From: a virus
Lineage: Duplodnaviria; Caudoviricetes
DNA length: 30,598 bases
Reading direction: 5' to 3' (one strand)
Virus record (IMG/VR): IMGVR_UViG_3300025598_000115
Location: 1-30,598 of that record
Positions 16,529 through 25,002 of the stretch are shown piece by piece. Both the position numbers and the translations under genes were made by a program. The notes under the pieces were generated by a model. The model did no database searches, was not told the origin of the DNA, and saw only the letters and a program-made list of their open reading frames with translations. How positions within the stretch are numbered: position 1 is the stretch's first letter; the number at the start of each line of letters is the position of its first letter.

Positions 16529-18652
16529 ATGGCGGATCAACAACAAGTTGAACCACAGTACAATGAAGTTTATACTCTAGGTGTCCAGCCCGGTATAAAA
16601 CGAGATGGTACCACATTTGAATCACGTGAATATAGTGATGGTGTTTGGTGCAGATTTCAACGCGGTGTGCCCAAAAAAATTGGTGGATATACTGAACTAG
16701 CAACCACATTCAATGGCATCCCACGTGGCATGGTTATGAATGGGTACAATGGTGTTAACTATGTATTCTCAGGTAACCAAAATGGTTTAGATGTATTTAC
16801 CACAGGCCAATCTTTTGGTATTGGTAGTGGTCCATCAGTAGCTCAGTTTGAAGTAGGGTACTCTCCATTTACTGTTACTAAAGTAACGAACTCATCATTT
16901 ACTATTTCTGGTGCGGATCGTACTGCTCAGTTTTATACAGGATCTAATTTTGTATTTAGTCAATCCACAAATCCTACATTTTATTCTGTAACATCATCAT
17001 CCTATAATTCTGGTACTACAACGACAACCGTTAATTTTTCCCCAAATAACAGTGCGTCATTTACACAAGTTTATTTAGCAAATACTTATTTTAAAGCGGA
17101 TCCTAGATTACTGTGGCAGTTTGATTATCAGTATAATCCCCAAGGTGGCGCACTTAATTTAATTACACACCCCGGACTTAACTTAAATTCTATTGATAAC
17201 GGTGTGGCAACACAGGTTTACATTGGAAGCACACTACCTAATTCAAGTAATCAGTGGGTATTTACAGGATTAGCAGATACGACAGGTGTAGCCCCAACCT
17301 ATAAACCTATTGTGGTTGATGGTGGCGTTTGTGTGCTTCACCCATTTATATTTGTGTACGGATCTAATGGATTTATTGCAAATAACAATGTATCCACAAC
17401 CTACACTAATCAAACACTAACCGACTGGAATGGTACATTTGCCAACCAAGTTAACGTTGCTACAGGTAAAATTGTAAAAGGTATGCCTGTGCGTGGTGGT
17501 ACAGCGTCGCCATCAGGTTTATTCTGGGCTACAGATAGTTTGATTCGTGTCTCATTTGTAAACAATCCTCCAGTCTATTGGCAATACGATATCATATCAA
17601 GTGAGATATCAATCATGTCATCAAGCGCTGTGGTTGAAATGGATGGCGTTTATTTCTGGATGGGTGTTGATAGATTCTATGTTTACAATGGTCAAGTGAA
17701 TGTATTACCTAATGATAAAAATGTAAACTGGTTATTTGATAATATTAATTATACTCAACGTCAAAAAGTGTGGGCCACAAAAGTTCCTAGGTATAATGAG
17801 ATTTGGTTCTTCTACCCACGTGGTGGCGCTACGGAATGCACTGATGCAATTATTTATAATGTAAAAGATAAGATCTGGTATGACGCTGGGCAGGCAGAGG
17901 GTGCTCAAAGATCGAGTGGGTTTACAACAGAGGTTTTTCCTTCCCCCATTTTTGGTGGTTGGAATTTTAATGTATCCTACAGCTCCCCTAAAAATGTCAT
18001 TGCGACACCTACAGGGCAGTCTGCAGCAACAGCATTTCAATTTTATTTATTGGGGGATCAGTCAACACAATTTTCCCCTGGTCAGTACGTAACATTATCT
18101 AATACATCCCCAACAGCACCTAAATACTTAATTACATCAAGTCAATTTATTATTAATACAACCATAGGTATGCCAGGTGCTACATTAGTCACTGTGGCTA
18201 CTACTTTTGGATCATCACCATCTGTAGGTACACCCATGTACATTATTAGTGGAGGGTATGGTATTTGGCAACATGAGACAGGATTAAACAAAGTATCCAT
18301 TAATAGTGAGGATGCTATTTATTCTTCTTTTGCAACTTGTGATATTAGTTGGGTAGGTGGAACACCCTCAGAAGATACATCCACAGGTATTAATCGTCGT
18401 ATGCACTTACGTCGTGTTGAGCCAGATTTTGTACAAAGTGGTCCAATGACTATGACAATTTATGGTCGTAAGTTTGCGCGTGGTCCTGAAGAAGATTCTG
18501 GTCCTTATGTATTTACAGCAGATACAGAAAAAATTGATTTAAGAGTAGAGCACCGAGAAGTTAGATTAGAGTTTGAGTCTAATACGATTGATGGTAATTA
18601 TGAAATGGGTCGATTATTAATCACCGCAGAGTACGGTGACGAAAGGCCATAG
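16529..18652 (+). CDS. Tail nozzle / tail tubular protein (P22 gp10- or T7 gp12-like)
   Basis: 707-aa beta-rich protein with PGIKRDGT, W.RF.RG.P.KIGG, FWMG...FYVYNG and EIWFFYP motifs; located before the GNAT-like and ejection genes. Confidence 0.6.
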   Translation: MADQQQVEPQYNEVYTLGVQPGIKRDGTTFESREYSDGVWCRFQRGVPKKIGGYTELATTFNGIPRGMVMNGYNGVNYVFSGNQNGLDVFTTGQSFGIGSGPSVAQFEVGYSPFTVTKVTNSSFTISGADRTAQFYTGSNFVFSQSTNPTFYSVTSSSYNSGTTTTTVNFSPNNSASFTQVYLANTYFKADPRLLWQFDYQYNPQGGALNLITHPGLNLNSIDNGVATQVYIGSTLPNSSNQWVFTGLADTTGVAPTYKPIVVDGGVCVLHPFIFVYGSNGFIANNNVSTTYTNQTLTDWNGTFANQVNVATGKIVKGMPVRGGTASPSGLFWATDSLIRVSFVNNPPVYWQYDIISSEISIMSSSAVVEMDGVYFWMGVDRFYVYNGQVNVLPNDKNVNWLFDNINYTQRQKVWATKVPRYNEIWFFYPRGGATECTDAIIYNVKDKIWYDAGQAEGAQRSSGFTTEVFPSPIFGGWNFNVSYSSPKNVIATPTGQSAATAFQFYLLGDQSTQFSPGQYVTLSNTSPTAPKYLITSSQFIINTTIGMPGATLVTVATTFGSSPSVGTPMYIISGGYGIWQHETGLNKVSINSEDAIYSSFATCDISWVGGTPSEDTSTGINRRMHLRRVEPDFVQSGPMTMTIYGRKFARGPEEDSGPYVFTADTEKIDLRVEHREVRLEFESNTIDGNYEMGRLLITAEYGDERP

Positions 18653-18912
18653 TGGCTAATTTAGTTCAGCCCGTATTTCCTTTTGTACCACAGTACACAA
18701 CATGGGAAAACTTTAACGGTAATATTGTTATGTTCTACGGCCATGAGCCTATTCCATATAGTAAGGAAGAGGACTGGCAGTCAACGGCTAGGAACATCAC
18801 TCAACTTCCAACATTTTCAAGTTATACCGTGCCAGATCCAAGTCTATATGACAAATGGGAGGATTGGGCTAATCAATTTGTGCTAATTATCAACGGTAAA
18901 CCCCCACAATAA
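18652..18912 (+). CDS. Hypothetical (probably structural) protein
   Basis: GTG start overlapping the upstream stop codon; Trp-rich PDP..Y.KWEDWA motif. Confidence 0.6.
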   Translation: MANLVQPVFPFVPQYTTWENFNGNIVMFYGHEPIPYSKEEDWQSTARNITQLPTFSSYTVPDPSLYDKWEDWANQFVLIINGKPPQ

Positions 18913-18913
18913 T

Positions 18914-18945
18914 GGGCGTAAAAATGCCAATTTGTGCATTAGTAT
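18914..18945 (+). promoter_or_regulatory. Candidate phage late promoter, copy 2: GGGCGTAAA-N12-TGCATTAGTAT
   Basis: Fills most of the 39-nt intergenic gap; boxes and spacing are identical to 12333-12364. Confidence 0.68.
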
Positions 18946-18951
18946 ACCTAG

Positions 18952-19404
18952 ATGATAACCTTTCAAAAAGAGCCCGGAAGTGTCTTTTTACCTGACGCTA
19001 AAGACCTATTTAAACTGCATGCTAATGAAGCATCAGAGCACTTAGATAAGATACCACTCGATCCTAATTTTGAGCAATATTTTAAATTAGAAGAACTCAA
19101 TAAAATAGAAGTTCACACTGCCCGAGATGATGGCAAATTAATTGGTTATAGTTTGTGGCTACTTGGTAGGCACATACATTACAAAAAAAGTTTAACAGCA
19201 ACATCCACACTTATATACTTATTACCACAGTACCGAAATGGCACTACCGGTTTTACTTTTATTAGGTGGACGATAGAAGAAATTAAAAAGAGGAAACCAC
19301 AAAGAATCTTAATGTCGGTCAAACCAAGCAATGATTTTGGTAGACTATTAGAAAGATTGGGTGGCAATTATTTTGAAAAAGTGTATTCATTTGTATTGGA
19401 GTAA
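18952..19404 (+). CDS. GNAT-fold acetyltransferase-like protein
   Basis: TARDDGKLIGY strand and IYLLPQYRNGTTG (motif A-like); sits between the nozzle and internal virion genes. Confidence 0.65.
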   Translation: MITFQKEPGSVFLPDAKDLFKLHANEASEHLDKIPLDPNFEQYFKLEELNKIEVHTARDDGKLIGYSLWLLGRHIHYKKSLTATSTLIYLLPQYRNGTTGFTFIRWTIEEIKKRKPQRILMSVKPSNDFGRLLERLGGNYFEKVYSFVLE

Positions 19405-19407
19405 GTA

Positions 19408-20355
19408 ATGGGTGATTTTGTACCAGGCAGCGATTTTGTACCAGGGAATGATATTGTACCGGGTGTATCTGATGTATTGGGTATTGATCCTAGTGCGGGT
19501 GTTGATCCATCACAAGGCGATGTAGGCAATACAGGTACTGCCGATACTACAACAACACCAACAGATACAACTGGTAGCCCATATGGTAGTGGTACAACTA
19601 CGAATACTACCGGAGGTCCTACAGATATCGGATCTCCAGCTATAGGTACCCCTACAGAACCTGGCGGCGGTGGTTGGACACCTCCTACAGGTACAGATCC
19701 AGTTAGTGTTGCAGCTAACCAAATTGCTAAAACCGCTGGAAATTCTGCAGCTCAAAGTTTTATTAATAGTATGTTAGGTAATGCTGCTAGTACTATAGGT
19801 CATGCTATTACAGGAGCTACGGGTACAACAGGTAAAGTTGCTAATACTACAGGTGTTGGTGCTCAATCTCAAACACCTAATAATTCATCAAATAATCGAA
19901 TCAATTTAACTCCAGGTTTAACACAAGCAACTTCAATTCCAGCAAGTGAATTAGGTGGTGTATTTAGCGCAATTCCTACTATTATGGGATCAGCTCCAGT
20001 TAGTTTTGGTGCATATGCTGAAGGTCATCGCGTTGAAGAACCTGTTCAACCTACAGAAGAACATGTGCCTGAATTCTATAGCGAAGGTGGTTTAAAACAT
20101 ACATACGTTCAGGGAGATGGTGATGGTACTTCTGATAGCGTGCCAGCTATGTTGGCTAATGGTGAGTTTGTTATTCCTGCTGATGTGGTCTCATCTTTAG
20201 GTAACGGTAGTAATGATAGTGGTTCAAAAGTATTAGATGAATTTTTAAAAACAATTCGCGAACATAAAACTAAACATGAATCTGATAAATTACCGCCTGA
20301 CAGTAAAGGCCCGCTTGCTTATTTAGAAATATCAAAAACTAAGGTAGAAAAATAA
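19408..20355 (+). CDS. Putative internal virion/ejection protein with tape-measure-C-terminal-like domain
   Basis: Disordered Thr/Gly/Pro N-terminus; C-terminal YSEGG...GDGDGTSDSVPAMLANGEFVIPADVV motif; GGAG ribosome-binding site. Confidence 0.65.
   Translation: MGDFVPGSDFVPGNDIVPGVSDVLGIDPSAGVDPSQGDVGNTGTADTTTTPTDTTGSPYGSGTTTNTTGGPTDIGSPAIGTPTEPGGGGWTPPTGTDPVSVAANQIAKTAGNSAAQSFINSMLGNAASTIGHAITGATGTTGKVANTTGVGAQSQTPNNSSNNRINLTPGLTQATSIPASELGGVFSAIPTIMGSAPVSFGAYAEGHRVEEPVQPTEEHVPEFYSEGGLKHTYVQGDGDGTSDSVPAMLANGEFVIPADVVSSLGNGSNDSGSKVLDEFLKTIREHKTKHESDKLPPDSKGPLAYLEISKTKVEK
19414..19467 (+). repeat. Three tandem 18-bp imperfect repeats (DFVPGS/DFVPGN/DIVPGV)
   Basis: gattttgtaccaggcagc gattttgtaccagggaat gatattgtaccgggtgta. 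Confidence 0.9.
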
Positions 20356-21434
20356 TGTCTGGAATTAATAGCTTAATCTCTGATACCACCTCACAATCCA
20401 CCACAATGCCAGCTTGGTTTGACCAAGCTCAACAAAATACTGTTAATCAAGCATTAGCTGGTGCAAGTCAAGTTCCTCAATTTCAAAATACAGCAGGTGG
20501 TGTAGCTGTTAATACTTTAACAGGTGCATCTAATCCATTTACACAAGCTCAAGGTACTTTAAGTTCAATTGCGCAAACAGCTGCAACAAATCCTTGGATT
20601 ACTAATCCATCAACAGGTGCAGTATCTCCTAATACTGCAACTCCATTAGGCGGATTATTTCAAGCTAATGAACAACAACTTCAACAACTTATTCCTCAAA
20701 CAGTGGCTCCATCTAATGCAGAATCTATTTCAAGTGGCCAATTTGGTAGTCTTCGTAATCAAACAGCTGCAGATACAGCAATTGCTAATGCTCAAGCTCA
20801 AATGTTGCCTGGCGAATATCAAGCTTTTTTAGCTAATCAACAAACTGGTATTAATGCAGCTACAGGATTAAGTGGTGCTGGTGCTCAAGGAACTGCAGCA
20901 GAAACTACTTTAGGTCAAGCACAACAAAATGCTCCATTAGCAGGAGTTAAAAACTTAGCTCAAATTTTAGGTGCTACACAAGTTCCTACAACAACAACGC
21001 AATCAGCTTCATTATCACCTTTATCACAACTTCAATCATTAGGTAATTATCTTGGTATGACTCCAGGTCAAATGGTAGGTGCGGCAGGTAATGCTGTTAC
21101 TGGCCTTTTGGGATCTTTATTTGGAACTAACACTTCAAATAGTGCAGTATCTACTATTCCAAATACTGCAACTGAAGGTCAACCAGGATATGGTTGGCAA
21201 TATTTCTCAGATGGTACATCTATTTCACCAACGGGTCAATATTACCAAGGTGGTTCACTTATTTATGATCCAAGTAATCCATCTGGTGCAGCTTCTACTA
21301 ATCCGGATATGAGTCAAATTAATACAACAGGTCAAACAGATTCATCTGGAGGCGGATATGATCCAAATGCTATCCCAACAACGGACTCAACACAAACGTT
21401 TGATCCAAATGCACCAGGAATAATAGTTAATTAG
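20355..21434 (+). CDS. Putative DNA ejection/pilot protein
   Basis: Gln/Ala/Gly/Thr-rich helical protein with MPAW and SGQFGSLR motifs and Gly-rich hydrophobic stretches. Confidence 0.6.
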   Translation: MSGINSLISDTTSQSTTMPAWFDQAQQNTVNQALAGASQVPQFQNTAGGVAVNTLTGASNPFTQAQGTLSSIAQTAATNPWITNPSTGAVSPNTATPLGGLFQANEQQLQQLIPQTVAPSNAESISSGQFGSLRNQTAADTAIANAQAQMLPGEYQAFLANQQTGINAATGLSGAGAQGTAAETTLGQAQQNAPLAGVKNLAQILGATQVPTTTTQSASLSPLSQLQSLGNYLGMTPGQMVGAAGNAVTGLLGSLFGTNTSNSAVSTIPNTATEGQPGYGWQYFSDGTSISPTGQYYQGGSLIYDPSNPSGAASTNPDMSQINTTGQTDSSGGGYDPNAIPTTDSTQTFDPNAPGIIVN

Positions 21435-21445
21435 GAAAATATATT

Positions 21446-23650
21446 ATGGGATTAGATTTTTTATCAGGACTATCGGGTATCAGTACTTTAATGGGTTTAG
21501 AAAACTTAGCAAAGAAACCTACTGAATCTGCTACTCCAACTTCTAATTCACCTACATCGTCGTCCTCAACTCCATCTGGAGGCCTTACTACAATCACAGG
21601 CCCTGGTGGTAAAAAAATTGTAGTGGATCAATCATCATCAGATCAAATTTATAAAAATTTACAAGACCAATATAATTTACGTAATAGTGAATTTGCTGAT
21701 TGGCAAAATAGAATGCAAGCAGCACGTGCTGCAGCTATTCCTAATTTACATGGTGAATCCTCTGATGCCCAACTTGCATTAAGACAACAACAAGAAACAG
21801 AACGCAAAGATCGTCTTGCTATGCTAATGGATATGGCAGCTATGAAAGGTTCTCAAGCACAACAAAATCTATTAAGAAATTCACTTTCTGGTGGGCCTAA
21901 TATTTCACAAGGTGTAGGTACTATAGGAGATCAAACTCAAAATGTAGTATCTGGTGGTGCGGCTTCCGTTATACCTCCGTATGCACAAAAACAAATTAAT
22001 GATATGGTGAATGCAGGGGATATTGATGCCGCTTTAAAATTAAAAAATGAAATTATTCAAAAAGCTGCTGAAAAACGTCAAGATTTTGAAAATAATGCTG
22101 AAAGCCTTAAACAACAAACTTATTGGATTGTTGATCCTATTACTCATGAAGGTCATGAAGAAACACTCACACCTAAAGAATATAGAGCATTAACTGAAAA
22201 TTCAAAAAATCCTTTATATAATCCAGTTGCTCCCCCAGTTCCAGTTTCAGCACCTACAAATAAACCTGAATTAAAAAATGATGATGTTTTACAAACTGTT
22301 AAAAAAGGTATTTTTGGACAAGAAAGCTCATCAGGATTAAATCCCAAACCTAGCGTAAATGGAGCATTAGGTCCAATGCAAATTACTCCAGCTACATGGG
22401 AAACTTATGTTAATCGAGGCATTATTCCTAAAGAATGGGATATTAATAGCCCAAATCAAAACAAACAAGCTGGTGAAAAAATTGTTGACTATCTTTACAA
22501 TCAATATAATGGTGATGTTGATAAAACATTAGCTGCTTATCATGGTGGTGAAGGTGCTGTTGATAAAACAGGAGCTATTAAATTAAATACTCCCGATGGA
22601 TTAGGTGTTACTAACGCTCAATATATTTCTGATGTTCGTAATAAAGCTGGTTTAAATAAAACTGAAATTGTTACAGATGATGTGCTTAAAAATTTACCTA
22701 AAGATGTTCAAGATAAATTAGATAATGTAAAAACAGAAGATGAACATAATGCTATTTTAAATAATTATAAAGCATCACTTGTTCCTACAACTCAATTTAC
22801 AGGTCAAAATGTTAAAGTAGCATCTGCTGATAACAAACCTATGACATATTCTGAATATAAGAATCAATTAGAAGTAGAAAAACAAAAAAAATTAGCTAAT
22901 ATTCAAGTTAAGAAAACAAGTGATATTAAAAATGTAGAAAATGCTGCTACAGATTTAAAGAAAATAAATGATATTGCATTAAAAGCTGATGATACGGCAG
23001 AAGCTGCAAATTCTATTATTAATTTAGCATCTAATCCGCAAAAACAAAGATTATTTGCCCCTCAAAATCAAGACACAAAAGCAGCTTCAATACTTAATGC
23101 CACATCTGGTGTCCGTGGGGTTGGTAAAATTGCTGAAAATTTAATTACCAAAAATCCACAAACAGGAATTTACAGTCCTCAAGATATTGCTGAAAGAAAT
23201 ATTATTCAATCTAATGCTACTAAATTAGGTATTGATTATGCAAACCAAGCTTTTTCTGGTACTCGTATGACCAACGGATTTACTAAATTGGCTCAAGAAG
23301 CTAAAGGTGTAGGTGCAGATATTCCTTGGCAAACAAATTATATTAATGCTGTTGCTATTAGAGAAAAAGCTCAATTTAATAAAGCTGCTGCAAAAGATTA
23401 TTACAATTATCAAAAAGAAAATTTAGATAAAAATAATTTTGTTACATTTACTGATTATGTCAATACAGATCGTTTTAAAAAATTAGAAGATGCAACACAT
23501 GAAAGATTAGTAAAACAATTTCCTTCTTATTTTAAACCTTCTGATGAACGTCCAGATATTGGAGTTCATTTATTAAATACTCCTGCAGGAGAAAATAATG
23601 TTTCAAATAAATCTGAATCGAGTTGGGATAAATATAAGGTTAAAAGATAA
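21446..23650 (+). CDS. Internal virion protein with lytic transglycosylase (SLT) domain
   Basis: GQESS (catalytic Glu), GALGPMQI and LAAYHGG motifs at ~22316-22549. Confidence 0.82.
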   Translation: MGLDFLSGLSGISTLMGLENLAKKPTESATPTSNSPTSSSSTPSGGLTTITGPGGKKIVVDQSSSDQIYKNLQDQYNLRNSEFADWQNRMQAARAAAIPNLHGESSDAQLALRQQQETERKDRLAMLMDMAAMKGSQAQQNLLRNSLSGGPNISQGVGTIGDQTQNVVSGGAASVIPPYAQKQINDMVNAGDIDAALKLKNEIIQKAAEKRQDFENNAESLKQQTYWIVDPITHEGHEETLTPKEYRALTENSKNPLYNPVAPPVPVSAPTNKPELKNDDVLQTVKKGIFGQESSSGLNPKPSVNGALGPMQITPATWETYVNRGIIPKEWDINSPNQNKQAGEKIVDYLYNQYNGDVDKTLAAYHGGEGAVDKTGAIKLNTPDGLGVTNAQYISDVRNKAGLNKTEIVTDDVLKNLPKDVQDKLDNVKTEDEHNAILNNYKASLVPTTQFTGQNVKVASADNKPMTYSEYKNQLEVEKQKKLANIQVKKTSDIKNVENAATDLKKINDIALKADDTAEAANSIINLASNPQKQRLFAPQNQDTKAASILNATSGVRGVGKIAENLITKNPQTGIYSPQDIAERNIIQSNATKLGIDYANQAFSGTRMTNGFTKLAQEAKGVGADIPWQTNYINAVAIREKAQFNKAAAKDYYNYQKENLDKNNFVTFTDYVNTDRFKKLEDATHERLVKQFPSYFKPSDERPDIGVHLLNTPAGENNVSNKSESSWDKYKVKR

Positions 23651-24597
23651 TGGCTGAAGATTATTTTAATACACAAGAAGCTTTAAAAGAACATCCTGAA
23701 TCTGATATAGCTAAACATCTTGCAGAAATTCATGACATTGATCGTGAAGCTTATTTAAAAGATGGTAAATCAGATAAAGACTTTATTCAAGAATTTGATA
23801 AAAGACCTATTCCTAAAAAAGTAGAAGAGTGGAATGGTATTCCTGTATCAGCTCCAGAGGAAACTCCTCCATCTGTAGGCGCTGTTGCCGGATCTGTACT
23901 CGGAGGTTCCGGAGCATTAGGTAAATTTGGAATTAATTCTATTAAGAATCTATTTACGCCCACAGCTCCTCCTGCTCAACCAGGTCCAACAAATGCAGCT
24001 GCAGAAAGTCAAATTTTATCTGAACATGGTTTCCACCCTGGTGCTACAAGCAATGCTGTTTTTAATGAAGAACAAGCGGCTGCCAATAAATTACATCAGG
24101 GATTTAGAAATGTGCCTGGGTATGATGTAAAAGGCAATATGAGAATAGCTACTCCATCATCATTAAATGTTGATGAATATGCTGCCGAACAAGCTGCTAA
24201 AAAATTAGCAGAAGATAAAGCTAAACAAACATTGTGGCAAAAAGCAGGGCCAGTATTAAGAGATATTAAGTCCGGTATTCCAGTTTATGCTAAAAATTTA
24301 TTTACTGGAATATCTAGTCCTTTATCATTAGCTGCCACTGGATATAATGCTGTTGATGCATCAAATCAATTTAATAAAGGTAATTATGGTAGAGGTGCAT
24401 TGGCTACATTAGGTGCTGCAGGAGCATTGGCTTCTGAATTACCTCCATCTGCTTATATTCCTGAAGATATTGTAAAATATGGTGGTTTAGGTATTTCTAT
24501 GTTAGCACCCTATCTTAATAGAAAAATAGATGAATATTATGAAAAGCATCCCGAACATAAACGTGATGGTGGTTTGATTCACTTATACGGAGAATAA
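23650..24597 (+). CDS. Putative internal virion protein
   Basis: Coupled to the SLT gene; Gly/Ala-rich hydrophobic segments; C-terminal HKRDGGLI. Confidence 0.55.
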   Translation: MAEDYFNTQEALKEHPESDIAKHLAEIHDIDREAYLKDGKSDKDFIQEFDKRPIPKKVEEWNGIPVSAPEETPPSVGAVAGSVLGGSGALGKFGINSIKNLFTPTAPPAQPGPTNAAAESQILSEHGFHPGATSNAVFNEEQAAANKLHQGFRNVPGYDVKGNMRIATPSSLNVDEYAAEQAAKKLAEDKAKQTLWQKAGPVLRDIKSGIPVYAKNLFTGISSPLSLAATGYNAVDASNQFNKGNYGRGALATLGAAGALASELPPSAYIPEDIVKYGGLGISMLAPYLNRKIDEYYEKHPEHKRDGGLIHLYGE

Positions 24598-24599
24598 TT

Positions 24600-25001
24600 A
24601 TGGCAACAAAACCTGGACTTTATGCAAATATTCACGCAAAACAAAAACGCATAGCCGCCGGTAGCGGTGAGCGTATGCGTAAGCCTGGATCTAAAGGCGC
24701 ACCTACCGCGCAAGCATTTAAAGAATCAGCAAAGACTGCTAAACCAATGAAAAAGGGTGGCCCATCTTTAGCTGTAGGTCGTGGTGAAAAGTTACCTGTA
24801 TCTAAAGGTGCAGGACTTACTGCCAAAGGTCGTGAAAAATATAATAGAGCTACAGGTAGTCATTTAAAAGCACCACAACCAGAAGGTGGCGCTCGTAAAA
24901 GATCTTTCTGTGCAAGAATGTCTGGCATGCCAGGACCCATGAAAGACGAGAACGGCAAACCCACAAGAAAAGCAGCGTCACTAAGACGCTGGAAGTGCTA
25001 A
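24600..25001 (+). CDS. Basic two-module protein (C-terminal DUF6321-like domain)
   Basis: GGAG ribosome-binding site; N-terminal module GLYANIHAK..RI.AGSGE.MRKPGSKGAP; C-terminal module RKRSFCARM.G..GPMK....PTRKA.SLRRWKC. Confidence 0.7.
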   Translation: MATKPGLYANIHAKQKRIAAGSGERMRKPGSKGAPTAQAFKESAKTAKPMKKGGPSLAVGRGEKLPVSKGAGLTAKGREKYNRATGSHLKAPQPEGGARKRSFCARMSGMPGPMKDENGKPTRKAASLRRWKC

Positions 25002-25002
25002 C

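Noticed and set aside
18913-18927. Sigma54-type GG-N10-GC promoter
   Set aside because: The GC element is absent at the equivalent position in the 12333 copy, so it does not explain the conserved motif.
1228-24826. Minus-strand ORFs in the late region (e.g. 7393-7866, 10249-10584, 12487-12897) and short alternate-frame ORFs
   Set aside because: They are shadows of well-supported + strand genes with no recognisable motifs. Only the Rz1-like overlap is supported.
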